Assembly (NCBI GenBank): GCA_050331735.1
Contig: JBHJGN010000018.1
Span: 1 to 64,000, forward strand
DNA: 64,000 nt
Direction: 5' to 3'
DNA from: Cyanophyceae cyanobacterium
GTDB lineage: Bacteria; Cyanobacteriota; Cyanobacteriia; Cyanobacteriales; JBHJGN01
Both the position numbers and the translations under genes were made by a program. The notes beneath the pieces are model-generated. The model was not told where the DNA came from, made no database searches, and saw only the letters and a list, made by a program, of their open reading frames with translations. Shown here one piece after another: positions 1-10,412 of this stretch. Position 1 is the stretch's first letter; every line of letters starts with the position of its first letter.

Positions 1-96
1 TGGTTGTACTCGTCCTGCTTCACTACAGCTATAGGCTTTCTGAGTGGCAATCAAGAAGTTGATGTACTCGATGGCAGTGTATTTAGGTGAATTCAT
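1..96 (-). CDS. IS701-family transposase, N-terminal 32 codons (partial)
   Basis: Manual translation MNSPKYTAIEYINFLIATQKAYSCSEAGRVQP; YINFLIA..YSC.EA.RVQP matches the start of IS701-type DDE transposases as I recall them; GGGAGGC immediately before the ATG. Confidence 0.75.
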   Translation of the reverse strand, partial: MNSPKYTAIEYINFLIATQKAYSCSEAGRVQP

Positions 97-139
97 GCCT
101 CCCTTCTATCGCATTTTTTCCTCAACTGCGTAACTCCTG
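1..139 (-). mobile_element. Left end of an IS701-family insertion sequence (continues beyond window start)
   Basis: Minus-strand terminus CAGGAGTTACGCAGTT (139-124), of the type found at cyanobacterial IS701-family ends. It is followed by an RBS (GGAGG) and a transposase-like N-terminus. The kinase reading frame resumes exactly at 140. Confidence 0.8.
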
Positions 140-1510
140 ACAGATAAAGCTTTCTGCATTGTACAGCAGCAAGCCCCCGGAGAATCTTTAGCTCAGTTGG
201 TGGAAACTGGCTGGCGTACCAGTGAAACAGAAGTTAAAAATATTGCCCAACAGATATTGTCTATTCTTGTCTATTTGCACTCCCAAGAACCTCCGGTCAT
301 TCATCGAGACATTAAACCGAACAACTTAATTCGCAGCGATAATGGAGGAATATATCTGGTAGATTTTGGGGCGGTACAAAATACTTATTACAACACTTTG
401 ATGCAGGGTAGCACAGTAGTTGGTACTTATGGCTACATGGCCCCGGAACAATTTCGCGGACAGGCATTACCAGCAACGGATTTGTATAGTTTAGGCGCTA
501 CATTACTATACCTGATAACTCATCGCTCTCCTGCTGAACTCCCCCAAGACACGCTTAAACTTAATTTCCGCCACTCGGTTAATATTTCCGAAAGTTTTGC
601 TGACTGGTTAGAGCGGATGGTAGAACCAGATTTAGATGAGCGCTTTGCTTCTGCTGAGATAGCTTTAGCTCAATTGTTTGCTATCAAGAAAGTCAAGCAA
701 AAAAAACTCCTGACTCGAATTGGTGTTGGGGTTTTAGTAGTCGGTGTGATCGCCGGGATCAATTCTTACAAATGGTGGTTCTTGAGTCGTATAGGGTTTT
801 ATCCTAGCGGTATGTGTAACCTCAGAATATCGCAAAACTATATAGAACAAGGAGGCAAGCTAGATATTATTGCTACGGAGGAAAAATTTTCAACCTTGTT
901 TTGCATGCTCGAAGAAAACGAAGAGAAGGCAAAAATTTTCGAAAAAATAATATTGAGTATAGAAAATATTTCTAAACTGATTAATTATTCAAACAATGAA
1001 AACAAAAGTTTATTACAGAAGGCTGTGCAATACAGCGACTATAATAATTACAAAAGCATTGAGCTTTTAATTAGACTTGATGCTGATGTTAACGCCAAAA
1101 GCAAGAATAATGAAGTCATTCTAATTGATGCAATATTACGATATAATTTGTATCCTTGTGCCGAGTTTTCTAATGCAAATCACAAAAAAATAGTTAAGCT
1201 TTTAATTAAGCAGGGCGCTGATGTTAATGCCAAAAATAGCTATGGTTTAACTGCCCTATTTTATGTTTCTAATCGAGACATAGCTCAACTTTTAATTGAA
1301 CATGGTGCTGATGTCAACATTAGAAATAACGATGGGCAAACTCCTCTATTTAGAGCTGACATTAATATCGCTAAACTTTTGATAGAGCATGGAGCTGATG
1401 TTAATGTCAAAGATAACTATGGCTCTACTCCTTTATCTTCCGCCCAAAAAGATAAAGCTTCACTTTTGATAGAGCATGGCGCTAATGGAGGCGTTAGAAA
1501 TCTGAACTAA
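140..1510 (+). pseudogene. Ser/Thr protein kinase with TM helix and C-terminal ankyrin repeats, 5' part separated by IS insertion
   Basis: HRDIKPNN, DFG and GTYGYMAPE motifs; ankyrin repeats (LLIEHGADVN x3). Frame is open from 140 (TDKAFCIVQQQAPGESLAQL, aligning to YFYIVQQLAYGQSLA of the next kinase), but the Gly-loop and VAIK lysine are missing. Confidence 0.8.
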
Positions 1511-1553
1511 TTTTACTACTATTCGTTTAGGCTTAAATCGTGTAATTAAAACT

Positions 1554-2969
1554 ATGGAGCTAATTGGCGATCGCTATTCCATTATAAGTAAGCTTGGTCA
1601 AGGTGGAAGCAGCATAACCTATGCGGCAGTTGACCTCAAAAGCAATGAAAAAGTAGCGATCAAAGCTTTATCTTTAACCAGATTAGAAAATTGGAAAAAA
1701 ATTGAGCTATTTGAACGAGAAGCCAAAATATTACAGCAGCTCAATCATCCTGCTATTCCTAAGTATTTAGACTACTTTGAAGTAGAAACAGAAACCAATC
1801 TTTATTTTTATATTGTCCAACAGCTTGCGTATGGTCAATCTCTAGCTGATTCGATCGATCAGGGATGGCGACCAAACGAAGCAACAGTTAAAAATATTGC
1901 TGAACAAGTATTAAAAATTTTAGTTTATCTGCAACAACTAACGCCACCAGTCATTCATCGAGACATAAAACCACAAAACATTATTTATCAACCAGATACA
2001 AACAAATTATTTCTAGTAGACTTTGGTTCAGTACAAGATACTTATCACCATACAGTAATGGGCAGTACTGTAGTAGGAACTTACGGTTATATGGCTCCCG
2101 AACAATATCGCGGTGGTGCAGTGCTATCTACAGATCTGTATAGTTTAGGTTGTACTATACTGTTTTTGTTGACTGGAGAATCCCCAGCAGATTTACCTCA
2201 GAAAAAGCTAAAGCTTGATTTTAGAAAAGCAGTGAAAATTGAGCAGAGTTTTGCTGACTGGATTGATAAATCAATTGAACCTGATGTGGATAGCCGCTTT
2301 CCAGATGCAGAATTTGCTTTATTAGCACTCCAGGAAAAACAAACTATACAAGGTGACAACAGCGGAAAAGTCAAGCCTCAGCATAGTTCAATAAGCATAA
2401 GCCAGGACAAACAACAATGTATTATTGATATTCCTCCAGCCTTTCAAAGAAAACGCCTCAGCTCATCGTCTTGTTGGCTAGCATGGGTAATTACATCAAC
2501 GTTAAATAAAATAGCAGCTTTTTTATCCGTTAGTTTAATATTTAAAGTTTATATAATTCTTGGTTTTTATGCCATGTTTCTTAAACCAGATAAGGCTGAT
2601 TCTAAATGGGAGTATTTTTTTCTACTTTTAGTTGTCTGGGATATTGCTCCACAATTTAGTTTTTCTATTCCACTTATTTCTATTTTTCTACTTTTGGCCG
2701 ATGCGTTGATTAAATACTCAGTAAAAGACAATTTTGTGAGAAAATTGTTTTTTAGAACTACTATTCTAATAGAAGATAAAGATTATATCTACAGTTGTAG
2801 ATTCCGACTTACGAGAAAAGATTCTAGAGGCAAGTGTATAGAAATGGTGAATAGCAACTATCTATCCTTACTTCAGGCAATTAATTTATCAAAAACTTTT
2901 ATAACTGCTCAAGAACAAGACTGGGTTGAAGAAAGAATGCGTCAATTTGTTAATCAATCAAAGTTCTAG
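1554..2969 (+). CDS. Ser/Thr protein kinase with C-terminal membrane segments
   Basis: LGQGGSS Gly-loop, VAIK, HRDIKPQN, DFG and APE motifs; hydrophobic C-terminal stretches. Confidence 0.9.
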   Translation: MELIGDRYSIISKLGQGGSSITYAAVDLKSNEKVAIKALSLTRLENWKKIELFEREAKILQQLNHPAIPKYLDYFEVETETNLYFYIVQQLAYGQSLADSIDQGWRPNEATVKNIAEQVLKILVYLQQLTPPVIHRDIKPQNIIYQPDTNKLFLVDFGSVQDTYHHTVMGSTVVGTYGYMAPEQYRGGAVLSTDLYSLGCTILFLLTGESPADLPQKKLKLDFRKAVKIEQSFADWIDKSIEPDVDSRFPDAEFALLALQEKQTIQGDNSGKVKPQHSSISISQDKQQCIIDIPPAFQRKRLSSSSCWLAWVITSTLNKIAAFLSVSLIFKVYIILGFYAMFLKPDKADSKWEYFFLLLVVWDIAPQFSFSIPLISIFLLLADALIKYSVKDNFVRKLFFRTTILIEDKDYIYSCRFRLTRKDSRGKCIEMVNSNYLSLLQAINLSKTFITAQEQDWVEERMRQFVNQSKF

Positions 2970-3053
2970 AGATTAATACTGCTCGTATAGGATTTATTCA
3001 TAAGTACCTCAGCATCAAAATAGTGAAGCTTGAGTAAGCTGGAGAATCAGAAA

Positions 3054-3239
3054 ATGACTTTAGAGCAGCTACAGGCATGGGCACAGGCACAGATTAGTAA
3101 TGGTGCTACACCAGAGGTTAGACTGGATATTAGCGTATCTGTTTTATAGTTAATCGATGAACTAGAGTATCTGCAAAACAAAGTTGAGGAACTAGAAACA
3201 CAGAAGCCTGCTCAAGCCAGCAATACTACATTTGGGTAA
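3054..3239 (+). pseudogene. Small coiled-coil hypothetical ORF with an internal TAG
   Basis: GGAG RBS, ATG 3054, MTLEQLQAWAQAQISNGATPEVRLDISVSVL*LIDELEYLQNKVEELETQKPAQASNTTFG*; in-frame TAG at 3147-3149. Confidence 0.4.
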
Positions 3240-3312
3240 AAAGTAGCGAGTACTGAAACCTTTTCCCTAACTATGCATCCGTTTGAAAAGCCCTAGAACT
3301 GATTGGCTATTG

Positions 3313-3759
3313 CTACTGGGGCAGGAAATTTGGGTCTATTACTTGCTCACGGGTGAACGGCGACGCTGGTGGAAATACATTTAGAGGCATACCTGTTTCA
3401 ATGGCTGCCCCTCGACGAGCGCGGTCATAAGCTTTTTCAAATCCTTCCTCGTACACCTTCTTAAGACTCGGACTGTCAACAATGGCATCTTCAATTCGTT
3501 CTCGATGTTCAGCGATGGTGTAAAGCCAGCTATTGGACCGTTTAGCGGGCTGATATTTCCACTTGAGCAGATGAAGGATGACAATTTTGGTGTTAGAGGC
3601 GATCGCTCTTTTTTGACTTTTGACCATGCCATCAATCTCTTCAGCCAGATTCTCCCAATCTAGGGCGGCATCGTCATGATGGTAAAGGTCTAGAGCCGCC
3701 TGGGACAACCAAGCGTGAAAGTCCTGTTCGTAGAGCGATTGAGTAGAAAACTTGCTCAT
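3313..3759 (-). CDS. DUF29 family protein
   Basis: LYEQDFHAW, LDWENLAEEI, ILHLLKWKYQP..RSNSW, SPSLK signature. Confidence 0.9.
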   Translation of the reverse strand: MSKFSTQSLYEQDFHAWLSQAALDLYHHDDAALDWENLAEEIDGMVKSQKRAIASNTKIVILHLLKWKYQPAKRSNSWLYTIAEHRERIEDAIVDSPSLKKVYEEGFEKAYDRARRGAAIETGMPLNVFPPASPFTREQVIDPNFLPQ

Positions 3760-3778
3760 CGATTTGCGATATTTGTCT

Positions 3779-5203
3779 TTAACCTAGCAAAGAACGACGG
3801 AAGTTGAAGAACTTTCTCAAGATATTCTGTAGCGTTTGATTCTTCGCATATTTCGCTTTAGAAAGCCCGAGGGCAGATTTACTATTAATCTCCGACAGCG
3901 TGGGATAGATATGGATACCGGAAAGGGCAGAAGCCTTGAGCTTATTGGACATTGCCAATACCACTTCGTGAATGATTTCCCCTGCGGATGCCCCAACAAT
4001 ATGTGCGCCGAGAATTTCTCCGCTGCTGCGGGTAATCAGCTTAGCAAAGCCGTCGGTTGCCGCTTCGGCTTGAGCACGATCCACATCGGCATAATCGGTC
4101 TTCAGAACATAAACATCGTCACCATAGCGCCGTCTGGCCTGCTCTTCGCTCAACCCTACTCGGGCTAATTCTGGATCGGTAAAGGTGGCCCAAGGTATCA
4201 CGCGGTAATCTACTTTACTTAAGGGAAAGAACAGAGCATTTTTGATCACCACCGTCGCTTCATGGGCAGCTACGTGGGTAAACTGATAGCCGCCGATTAC
4301 GTCTCCGCAGCCGTAGATGCGGGAATTGGTTGTTTGTAGTTTCTCGTTGACCTTAATGCCTTTTTTGTCGTACTCAACTCCCGCCACTTCTAGATTCAGC
4401 GTATTCAGGTTAGGAGTCCGCCCCACAGACACCAAAATTTCATCAACTGCCACTTTTTCATCGCCGGCATAAAGATACTTTTTGCCGTTAACAACTTCCA
4501 CTTTGTCGGCTCTTGCCCCTCTAAGGATGCGAATGCCCTCCGACTCTAGCTGTTGACCCACCACTGCTGCCGCCTCTGGGTCTTCTTTGGGTAAAATTTG
4601 CTCAGAGCTCGAAACAATAGTCACTTCAGAGCCTAAGCGGTGAAACGTTTGTCCGAGTTCACAGCCAATCGGCCCAGCACCAATGACGGCGAGGGAGTCA
4701 GGGCGTTCTTTGAGGTCAAAGACCTGTTCGTTAGTGAGAAAACCCGCTTCTTTGAGTCCGGGAACGGGGGGAATAGTAGGACGCGACCCGGTGGAAATCA
4801 CGAAGTTGCGAGCCTTGAGCTGTCGACCAGCCACTTCAAAAGTATGCTGGTCGATAAACTTCCCGGAACCAAAGATGACCTCAACCCCTAAGCCGCGAAA
4901 TCGTTCTGGAGAATCGTGAGGCTCAATGGCGGCGATCGCCTGCTGCACGTGACCGTTGGCCTCTGCAAAATTGATTTTAGGCGCATCCGTATAAATGCCG
5001 AAGCGAGAGCCGTGTTTTACTTCATAAGCGACGCGGGAAGCATGAATGAGTGATTTACTGGGAACGCAGCCATACCAAAGACAGTCACCCCCAAGACGGT
5101 CTTTTTCGACTAAAGCGACTTTGGCGTTGAGTTGAGCCGCTGCACTGGCAACCACCAGTCCTCCAGATCCTCCACCGATAATCACCACATCGTAATCAAC
5201 CAT
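3779..5203 (-). CDS. FAD-dependent pyridine nucleotide-disulfide oxidoreductase (mercuric reductase/dihydrolipoamide dehydrogenase-like)
   Basis: GGGSGG FAD motif, GGDCLWYGCVPSK redox disulfide, GAGPIG NAD(P) motif, HIYPTLSE; no C-terminal Cys-Cys. Confidence 0.85.
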   Translation of the reverse strand: MVDYDVVIIGGGSGGLVVASAAAQLNAKVALVEKDRLGGDCLWYGCVPSKSLIHASRVAYEVKHGSRFGIYTDAPKINFAEANGHVQQAIAAIEPHDSPERFRGLGVEVIFGSGKFIDQHTFEVAGRQLKARNFVISTGSRPTIPPVPGLKEAGFLTNEQVFDLKERPDSLAVIGAGPIGCELGQTFHRLGSEVTIVSSSEQILPKEDPEAAAVVGQQLESEGIRILRGARADKVEVVNGKKYLYAGDEKVAVDEILVSVGRTPNLNTLNLEVAGVEYDKKGIKVNEKLQTTNSRIYGCGDVIGGYQFTHVAAHEATVVIKNALFFPLSKVDYRVIPWATFTDPELARVGLSEEQARRRYGDDVYVLKTDYADVDRAQAEAATDGFAKLITRSSGEILGAHIVGASAGEIIHEVVLAMSNKLKASALSGIHIYPTLSEINSKSALGLSKAKYAKNQTLQNILRKFFNFRRSLLG

Positions 5204-5488
5204 GCTTCCTCCTAGAGATAGTCACTTGTTTACTGAGAGGTGCGCTTATTCTCACTCTGATTTAACTGGGGCAAGATGAGTTTAAGATGAGAAGATGTTT
5301 AAATAATGTTGACTCATACAAAATTTCTGAGATTTTAATTTTAGTTTTTTCCTGATTCCTTGAGACTAAGCTGCTAGGTGCAACGAAGAAGACGATGTTA
5401 AGGGTTGTGTTTCGAGAGTCGGGCAAAAGTTTGAGCGTTTTTTCTGCCTGTTCCTTTAACTTTTATAAAACAACCACTTGTCCCTACG

Positions 5489-5998
5489 ATGTCTTTCCTC
5501 ATCATCGAAAATGCTCTCTTTTTTATGACCGCCACGGCTCTATTAATTATTTCGGGCTGGGCATGGAGAAATACTAAGCCCTATAGCCTTCCTCAGCCGC
5601 TTCCTAAATGGTTCAAAATTTGGTTTGGGACGGTACAGGTAGGCGGAGGATTATTGCCCATTGTGGCGCTTCTCTGGGGCTGGTGGCGAGGCTACGGAAG
5701 CGTGTTAACTGCGCTGATTCCCTACTTGATCATGTTAGGGCTACAGATTCTCTCTGAAGTGATCGCGCTACGTCAATTTCACTCGGTCGTCTGGGTGATG
5801 GTTCCCTATCTTTATCTGCCTTACCGTTGGTGGCAACTATATGAAGGGTTGTCGCTCATGGAACCTGCTGATCAGCTAATTTGGGTTCGGTATTTACTGC
5901 TGTTTAATCTGGTTTTGTGGATTGGCAATTATTGCTTAGATGTGTCGCAGCTACCCCGGCTGTTTCATTGGGAGAACAAAGCTCCGTCAATGGATTAG
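5489..5998 (+). CDS. Hypothetical membrane protein
   Basis: 169-aa ORF with several Trp-rich hydrophobic helices. Confidence 0.7.
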   Translation: MSFLIIENALFFMTATALLIISGWAWRNTKPYSLPQPLPKWFKIWFGTVQVGGGLLPIVALLWGWWRGYGSVLTALIPYLIMLGLQILSEVIALRQFHSVVWVMVPYLYLPYRWWQLYEGLSLMEPADQLIWVRYLLLFNLVLWIGNYCLDVSQLPRLFHWENKAPSMD

Positions 5999-6130
5999 AA
6001 AAGGCGATCGCCTTTTATGGGGGCTACATCCTCGCTTGTTGTTGATTGTTCTGTGATGTCCCTGATCTTAGCAGGGTTAGTTGTTATCAATGACAGTTGC
6101 CCGCGCTTCGACTCATTCGAGGGCTCCCTC

Positions 6131-6787
6131 TCAAATCTTCTTCTGCACGGTAAACACAACAAAAGTATAGGAAAGCGCTTGCCAAGTAATGGCTTTTTCT
6201 TGACAGTTAAGTTCCAGGGGACTGGTTAATTCAAAGTCGAATTGAGCGGCGGTGCTCAAGATATCCTGCATATCTGAGCGAGAAAAGATGCGTAGCGGTA
6301 CGCCAAAGGCGATTTTATTCTCGGTGTCAATCGGCTCGTCGTAATAGTCGGTAGAAGTGACCAAAACTCCTCCGGGCTTGAGCAGACGAGACATTTCTCG
6401 GAAATAGTGATGAATATCAACCCCATGTTCAATCACGCTCAGACAGGCGATCGCATCAAAGCTGTTTGACTCATACTTAGTTTGGGTCAAATCCCCATAC
6501 TCATACAGAATTGGTTCTTTATACACCGGTTCTGCAAACGCTAAATTAATGCCAATCAACTGCCTATAGTCATGAAGCGCTAGCCAAGGGAGGATGACAG
6601 AGTAGGTTTCCGCTCCAGCATCAAGAACTCGGGCAGAGGCAGTTGTTCTCTGTAGAATAGCGTTAAGGGCAATGAGGCTATCCCAGTTCTTGGGCAGATC
6701 TTGATGCAGCGGCAGACCTAAGCGAGAAGCTTGTTCAACCGCATCCTGCCAACAGCGACGAGTTTGAAGAACAGTATTTTCAGTCAT
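6131..6787 (-). CDS. Class I SAM-dependent methyltransferase
   Basis: VLDAGA motif I, FDAIACLSVIEH, LLKPGG. Confidence 0.85.
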   Translation of the reverse strand: MTENTVLQTRRCWQDAVEQASRLGLPLHQDLPKNWDSLIALNAILQRTTASARVLDAGAETYSVILPWLALHDYRQLIGINLAFAEPVYKEPILYEYGDLTQTKYESNSFDAIACLSVIEHGVDIHHYFREMSRLLKPGGVLVTSTDYYDEPIDTENKIAFGVPLRIFSRSDMQDILSTAAQFDFELTSPLELNCQEKAITWQALSYTFVVFTVQKKI

Positions 6788-6812
6788 TGGTTACCCATTA
6801 ACGCAGTTGAAC

Positions 6813-6840
6813 TGTTGATTGTTGATTGTTGATTGCTAGT
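6813..6840. repeat. Short tandem heptamer repeat (STRR-like)
   Basis: TGTTGAT x3 plus TGCTAGT. Confidence 0.7.
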
Positions 6841-6940
6841 ATGTGAGTATGATACAATATCACGACTTCTGCTTACTGTTAGTAGCCCGGTCAAACCAAC
6901 GCTCACAATAGCAATCCTCTCTTCTTATTCAACTTAGTTC

Positions 6941-7624
6941 ATGGAGACTAAAGCTTTTAGCGAGCTTTTTCCGTTATTTTCCTCGGCTAACCCAGAAATC
7001 TTAGACTGGCTGCTCTCGATTGCAGAAGAACAGGACTATTCACCAGATGAAAAGGTTCTTGAAGCAGAGACGTGGGGAAGAGCCGTTTACTTTATTGTTT
7101 CTGGCTGGATCAAGATTCAGCGAACCTACAAAGAACAGGCGATCGCCGTAGAAATTCTGGGACGAGGCCACTCGTTTGGGGAAATGGCGATTTTAGATGA
7201 ACCACTGCGCTCAACAGAGGCGATCGCCCTAACAGAGGTGACGCTGCTGAGCATCTCTGCTCAGCGCTATCTCCAATTGCTGTTTAAAGAACCTCAGCTT
7301 CAGCACCGCAGTCATCAGTTGACGATGCGGCAACTGCGTTCCTGGCAAAACCGCTATCTCCTCAAATACCAGACGAGCGGAGAAAGGCTGGCTAAAACCC
7401 TCGTTCTGCTCGCTGAAAACTACGGGCAGGTGACGGAGAAAGGAACAGAAATCTTTAACCTTTCTCGACAGGATTTAGCTCAAGTCGCTGAACTAGAGGA
7501 GGAGGAGGTGCAGAGAATTATGGAAAAACTCCGGAGTAAAGGCTGGGTCGAAATTAACGCTTCAGACCAGATCCTACGCCTGACCAATCCGAAGCAGCTT
7601 ACTCATCTAGCCGGACACATCTAG
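6941..7624 (+). CDS. Crp/Fnr family transcriptional regulator
   Basis: cNMP-binding FGEMAIL...RS motif and C-terminal HTH (LSRQDLAQVAEL). Confidence 0.9.
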   Translation: METKAFSELFPLFSSANPEILDWLLSIAEEQDYSPDEKVLEAETWGRAVYFIVSGWIKIQRTYKEQAIAVEILGRGHSFGEMAILDEPLRSTEAIALTEVTLLSISAQRYLQLLFKEPQLQHRSHQLTMRQLRSWQNRYLLKYQTSGERLAKTLVLLAENYGQVTEKGTEIFNLSRQDLAQVAELEEEEVQRIMEKLRSKGWVEINASDQILRLTNPKQLTHLAGHI

Positions 7625-7628
7625 CACC

Positions 7629-9392
7629 ATGCAATCTACCGCGATTCAACCCGCTCAAGTGGCTAAAACCTCAATCTCCTATGAGGTAGCCATGCCTCAG
7701 CCAACGTCCCATCTCTTTGAGGTGACGCTCCAGATTCAAGGGTGGCAAGCTGCTGTTCTCGATTTGAAAATGCCCGTATGGACTCCTGGATCGTATTTGG
7801 TCAGAGAGTACGCCAAACAGATCCAGGATTTTGCAGCGGCAAACAGCCGCGAGCAGCGGTTATCTAGTTGGAAACTGAGTAAAAATCACTGGCAAATCGA
7901 CACCCAAAATACTGCCGAAATTACGGTTCGCTATCGCGTCTTTGCCAACGAACTCTCGGTGCGAACGAATCACCTTGATGCGACTCACGGCTACTTTAAC
8001 GGTGCAGCCCTGTTCTGCTTTATTCCTGAATTCGAGCAGCAGCCCATCTCGGTTAAGATTGTCCCGCCGAAACCTGACTGGCGAGTGACCACCCCGTTGC
8101 CTGCTGTGGGCAGCAATACTTTTAGAGCCGATGACTTTGATACCCTTGTCGATAGTCCCTTTGAAATTGGTACGCAGCAGCTCTACAATTTTGAAGCTGG
8201 AGGAAAACCGCATCAGTGGGCGGTGTGGGGTCAAGGCAATGCCAATATGCCCCAAATTATTGCCGATACTCGAAGCATTATTGAGGTCGAAGCCGAGCTG
8301 TTTGGAGATCTTCCTTACGAACGGTATCTGTTTCTGCTGCATCTATCCGGGAGCGGTTTTGGAGGATTAGAGCACAAGGATTCCTGTTCGCTTAACTATC
8401 CGCGCTTTGGCTTTCGGGCCAAAGATAAATATCGACGCTTTATGCAGCTTGTCGCGCACGAATTTTTCCATCTGTGGAACGTCAAGCGCATTCGTCCCAA
8501 ACCGCTCGAAAAGTTTGATTACGAGCGAGAAAGCTATATCTCCTCTCTCTGGTTTTGCGAAGGCACAACGAGCTACTACGACACCATCATTCCCCTCCGG
8601 GCTGGAATTTACGATCGCCAAACGTGCTTAGAAAACCTCAGTAAGGATATTACTCGCCTGCAAACGACTCCCGGCAGAAAGATCCAGCCCGTGAGCGAGT
8701 CGGGGTTTGATGCCTGGATTAAGCTCTACCGCCGCGATGCCAATAGCGATAATTCGCAAATTTCCTACTACTTGAAAGGAGAACTGGTTTCGCTGCTGCT
8801 CGATTTACTCATTCGAGCCCGACACCGCAATCACAGATCGCTAGATGACGTGATGCGGCAGATGTGGCAGCGCTTCGGGCGCGCAGAAATTGGCTTTACG
8901 GCAGCAGAATTGCAGGCAACCATTGAATCGGTGGCTGAAACAGCGCTGAGTGATTTCTTTAGCCGCTATATCGACGGCACAGAAGAGCTACCCTTTAACC
9001 AGTATCTCGAACCGTTTGGGCTGAGGCTCAAGAGCGTCTGTGAAGATGAACCCGTTCCTTATCTGGGGATCAAAGTGGTTTCAGATGGCGGGAAGGAAAC
9101 CATTAAGGCGGTGGTCGCCGAGTCTCCGGCGGCGGTGGCTGGACTCGATGCCGGGGACGAACTGCTAGCAGTAGACGGCCTGCGGGTTACTGCTGAACAG
9201 TTGAACGAGCGACTCAAAGATTACCAAGCCGGTGATCGCCTTCAGGTAACGGTGTTTCACCAAGATCAGTTGCTCACATTAGCTGTAGAATTGGCAGAGC
9301 CACAGCCGAGTCGCTATGAGATTGTGCCGATAGATAACCCGACGGATACTCAAAAGCAAAATCTGTCTGGGTGGCTTGGGAGCGAGTCATAG
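7629..9392 (+). CDS. M61 family glycyl aminopeptidase with PDZ domain
   Basis: MPVWTPGSY, GGLEH, AHEFFHLWNVKRIRP zinc motif, C-terminal PDZ (YLGI, SPAAVAGL). Confidence 0.92.
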   Translation: MQSTAIQPAQVAKTSISYEVAMPQPTSHLFEVTLQIQGWQAAVLDLKMPVWTPGSYLVREYAKQIQDFAAANSREQRLSSWKLSKNHWQIDTQNTAEITVRYRVFANELSVRTNHLDATHGYFNGAALFCFIPEFEQQPISVKIVPPKPDWRVTTPLPAVGSNTFRADDFDTLVDSPFEIGTQQLYNFEAGGKPHQWAVWGQGNANMPQIIADTRSIIEVEAELFGDLPYERYLFLLHLSGSGFGGLEHKDSCSLNYPRFGFRAKDKYRRFMQLVAHEFFHLWNVKRIRPKPLEKFDYERESYISSLWFCEGTTSYYDTIIPLRAGIYDRQTCLENLSKDITRLQTTPGRKIQPVSESGFDAWIKLYRRDANSDNSQISYYLKGELVSLLLDLLIRARHRNHRSLDDVMRQMWQRFGRAEIGFTAAELQATIESVAETALSDFFSRYIDGTEELPFNQYLEPFGLRLKSVCEDEPVPYLGIKVVSDGGKETIKAVVAESPAAVAGLDAGDELLAVDGLRVTAEQLNERLKDYQAGDRLQVTVFHQDQLLTLAVELAEPQPSRYEIVPIDNPTDTQKQNLSGWLGSES

Positions 9393-9494
9393 CAACGGCA
9401 AAGAATGAAAATTCATCTTGGTCGGAAGCAGGGTGACAGTGAGGAGAAGAAACTGAAGCTTGATAGATTGATTAGTAAGATTTATTTGAACTAA

Positions 9495-10412
9495 GTGATG
9501 GAAGGATTTTTACCAACGGCCTATTTTAGAAATCAGTTTATTCCGTTTGCTGATGCCCAGATTTCGATTGCGACTCATGCTCTGCACTACGGCACAGGAG
9601 CCTTTGGCGGATTGAGAGGCAACCCCGATCCGCAGAACCCTCAGCAGATGATTCTCTTTCGCTTAGACAGGCATTGCCAGCGATTGAGCCATAGCGCCAA
9701 ATACTTAAACTACGATCTGCCAGCCGATAAAATTCAGCAGATCATTGTCGATTTTGTTAAGAAGAATCAGCCCTCGAAGTCTTTTTATATTCGCCCCTTT
9801 GTTTATACCTCTGGTTTAGGCATTGCCCCTAGGCTACACAAAGTGGAAAAGGACTTTTTCGTTTACGGCATCGAAATGGGAGACTATCTGTCACCTGATG
9901 GAGTTAGCTGCCGCATTAGTTCCTGGTATCGCCAAGAAGACCGCAGTTTTCCGCTGCGAGGAAAAATCAGCGGAGCCTACATCACATCTTCTTTAGCCAA
10001 GACCGAAGCGGTGGAATCAGGCTTTGATGAAGCTATTTTGATGAACGCTCAGGGGAAAGTATGCGAAGCCACTGGCATGAATCTCTTTTTGGTCAGAAAC
10101 GGTCAGCTCATTACCCCGAGCCTCGACCAGGATATTTTAGAAGGCATCACCAGAGACAGTATTCTTACCATCGCCCAAGATATGGGCCTTCCCACAGTCC
10201 AGAGAGCTGTCGATAAGTCAGAACTTTACATTGCCGATGAAGTGTTTCTCTGCGGTACAGCCGCAAAAATTGCCCCAGTGAAAAGAATCGAAACCTATAC
10301 CATGCCGTCGTCTAGACCGATCACCGAAAAACTGAAAGAGAAACTGAATGCGATCGCCGAAAACCGCGATTCAGATTACCAAGATTGGGTTTACGCTGTT
10401 CCCATTTCCTAA
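9495..10412 (+). CDS. ilvE: Branched-chain amino acid aminotransferase
   Basis: HALHYGTGAFGG, GKISGAY (PLP Lys), ILEGITR, FLCGTAA. Confidence 0.93.
   Translation: MMEGFLPTAYFRNQFIPFADAQISIATHALHYGTGAFGGLRGNPDPQNPQQMILFRLDRHCQRLSHSAKYLNYDLPADKIQQIIVDFVKKNQPSKSFYIRPFVYTSGLGIAPRLHKVEKDFFVYGIEMGDYLSPDGVSCRISSWYRQEDRSFPLRGKISGAYITSSLAKTEAVESGFDEAILMNAQGKVCEATGMNLFLVRNGQLITPSLDQDILEGITRDSILTIAQDMGLPTVQRAVDKSELYIADEVFLCGTAAKIAPVKRIETYTMPSSRPITEKLKEKLNAIAENRDSDYQDWVYAVPIS

Noticed and set aside
3779..5203. merA call
   Set aside because: Lacks the NmerA domain and the C-terminal Cys-Cys pair, and no mer operon is present.
6838..6864. CRP/NtcA site upstream of the Crp-family gene
   Set aside because: TGTGAGTATGATACA fits neither GTA-N8-TAC nor TGTGA-N6-TCACA.
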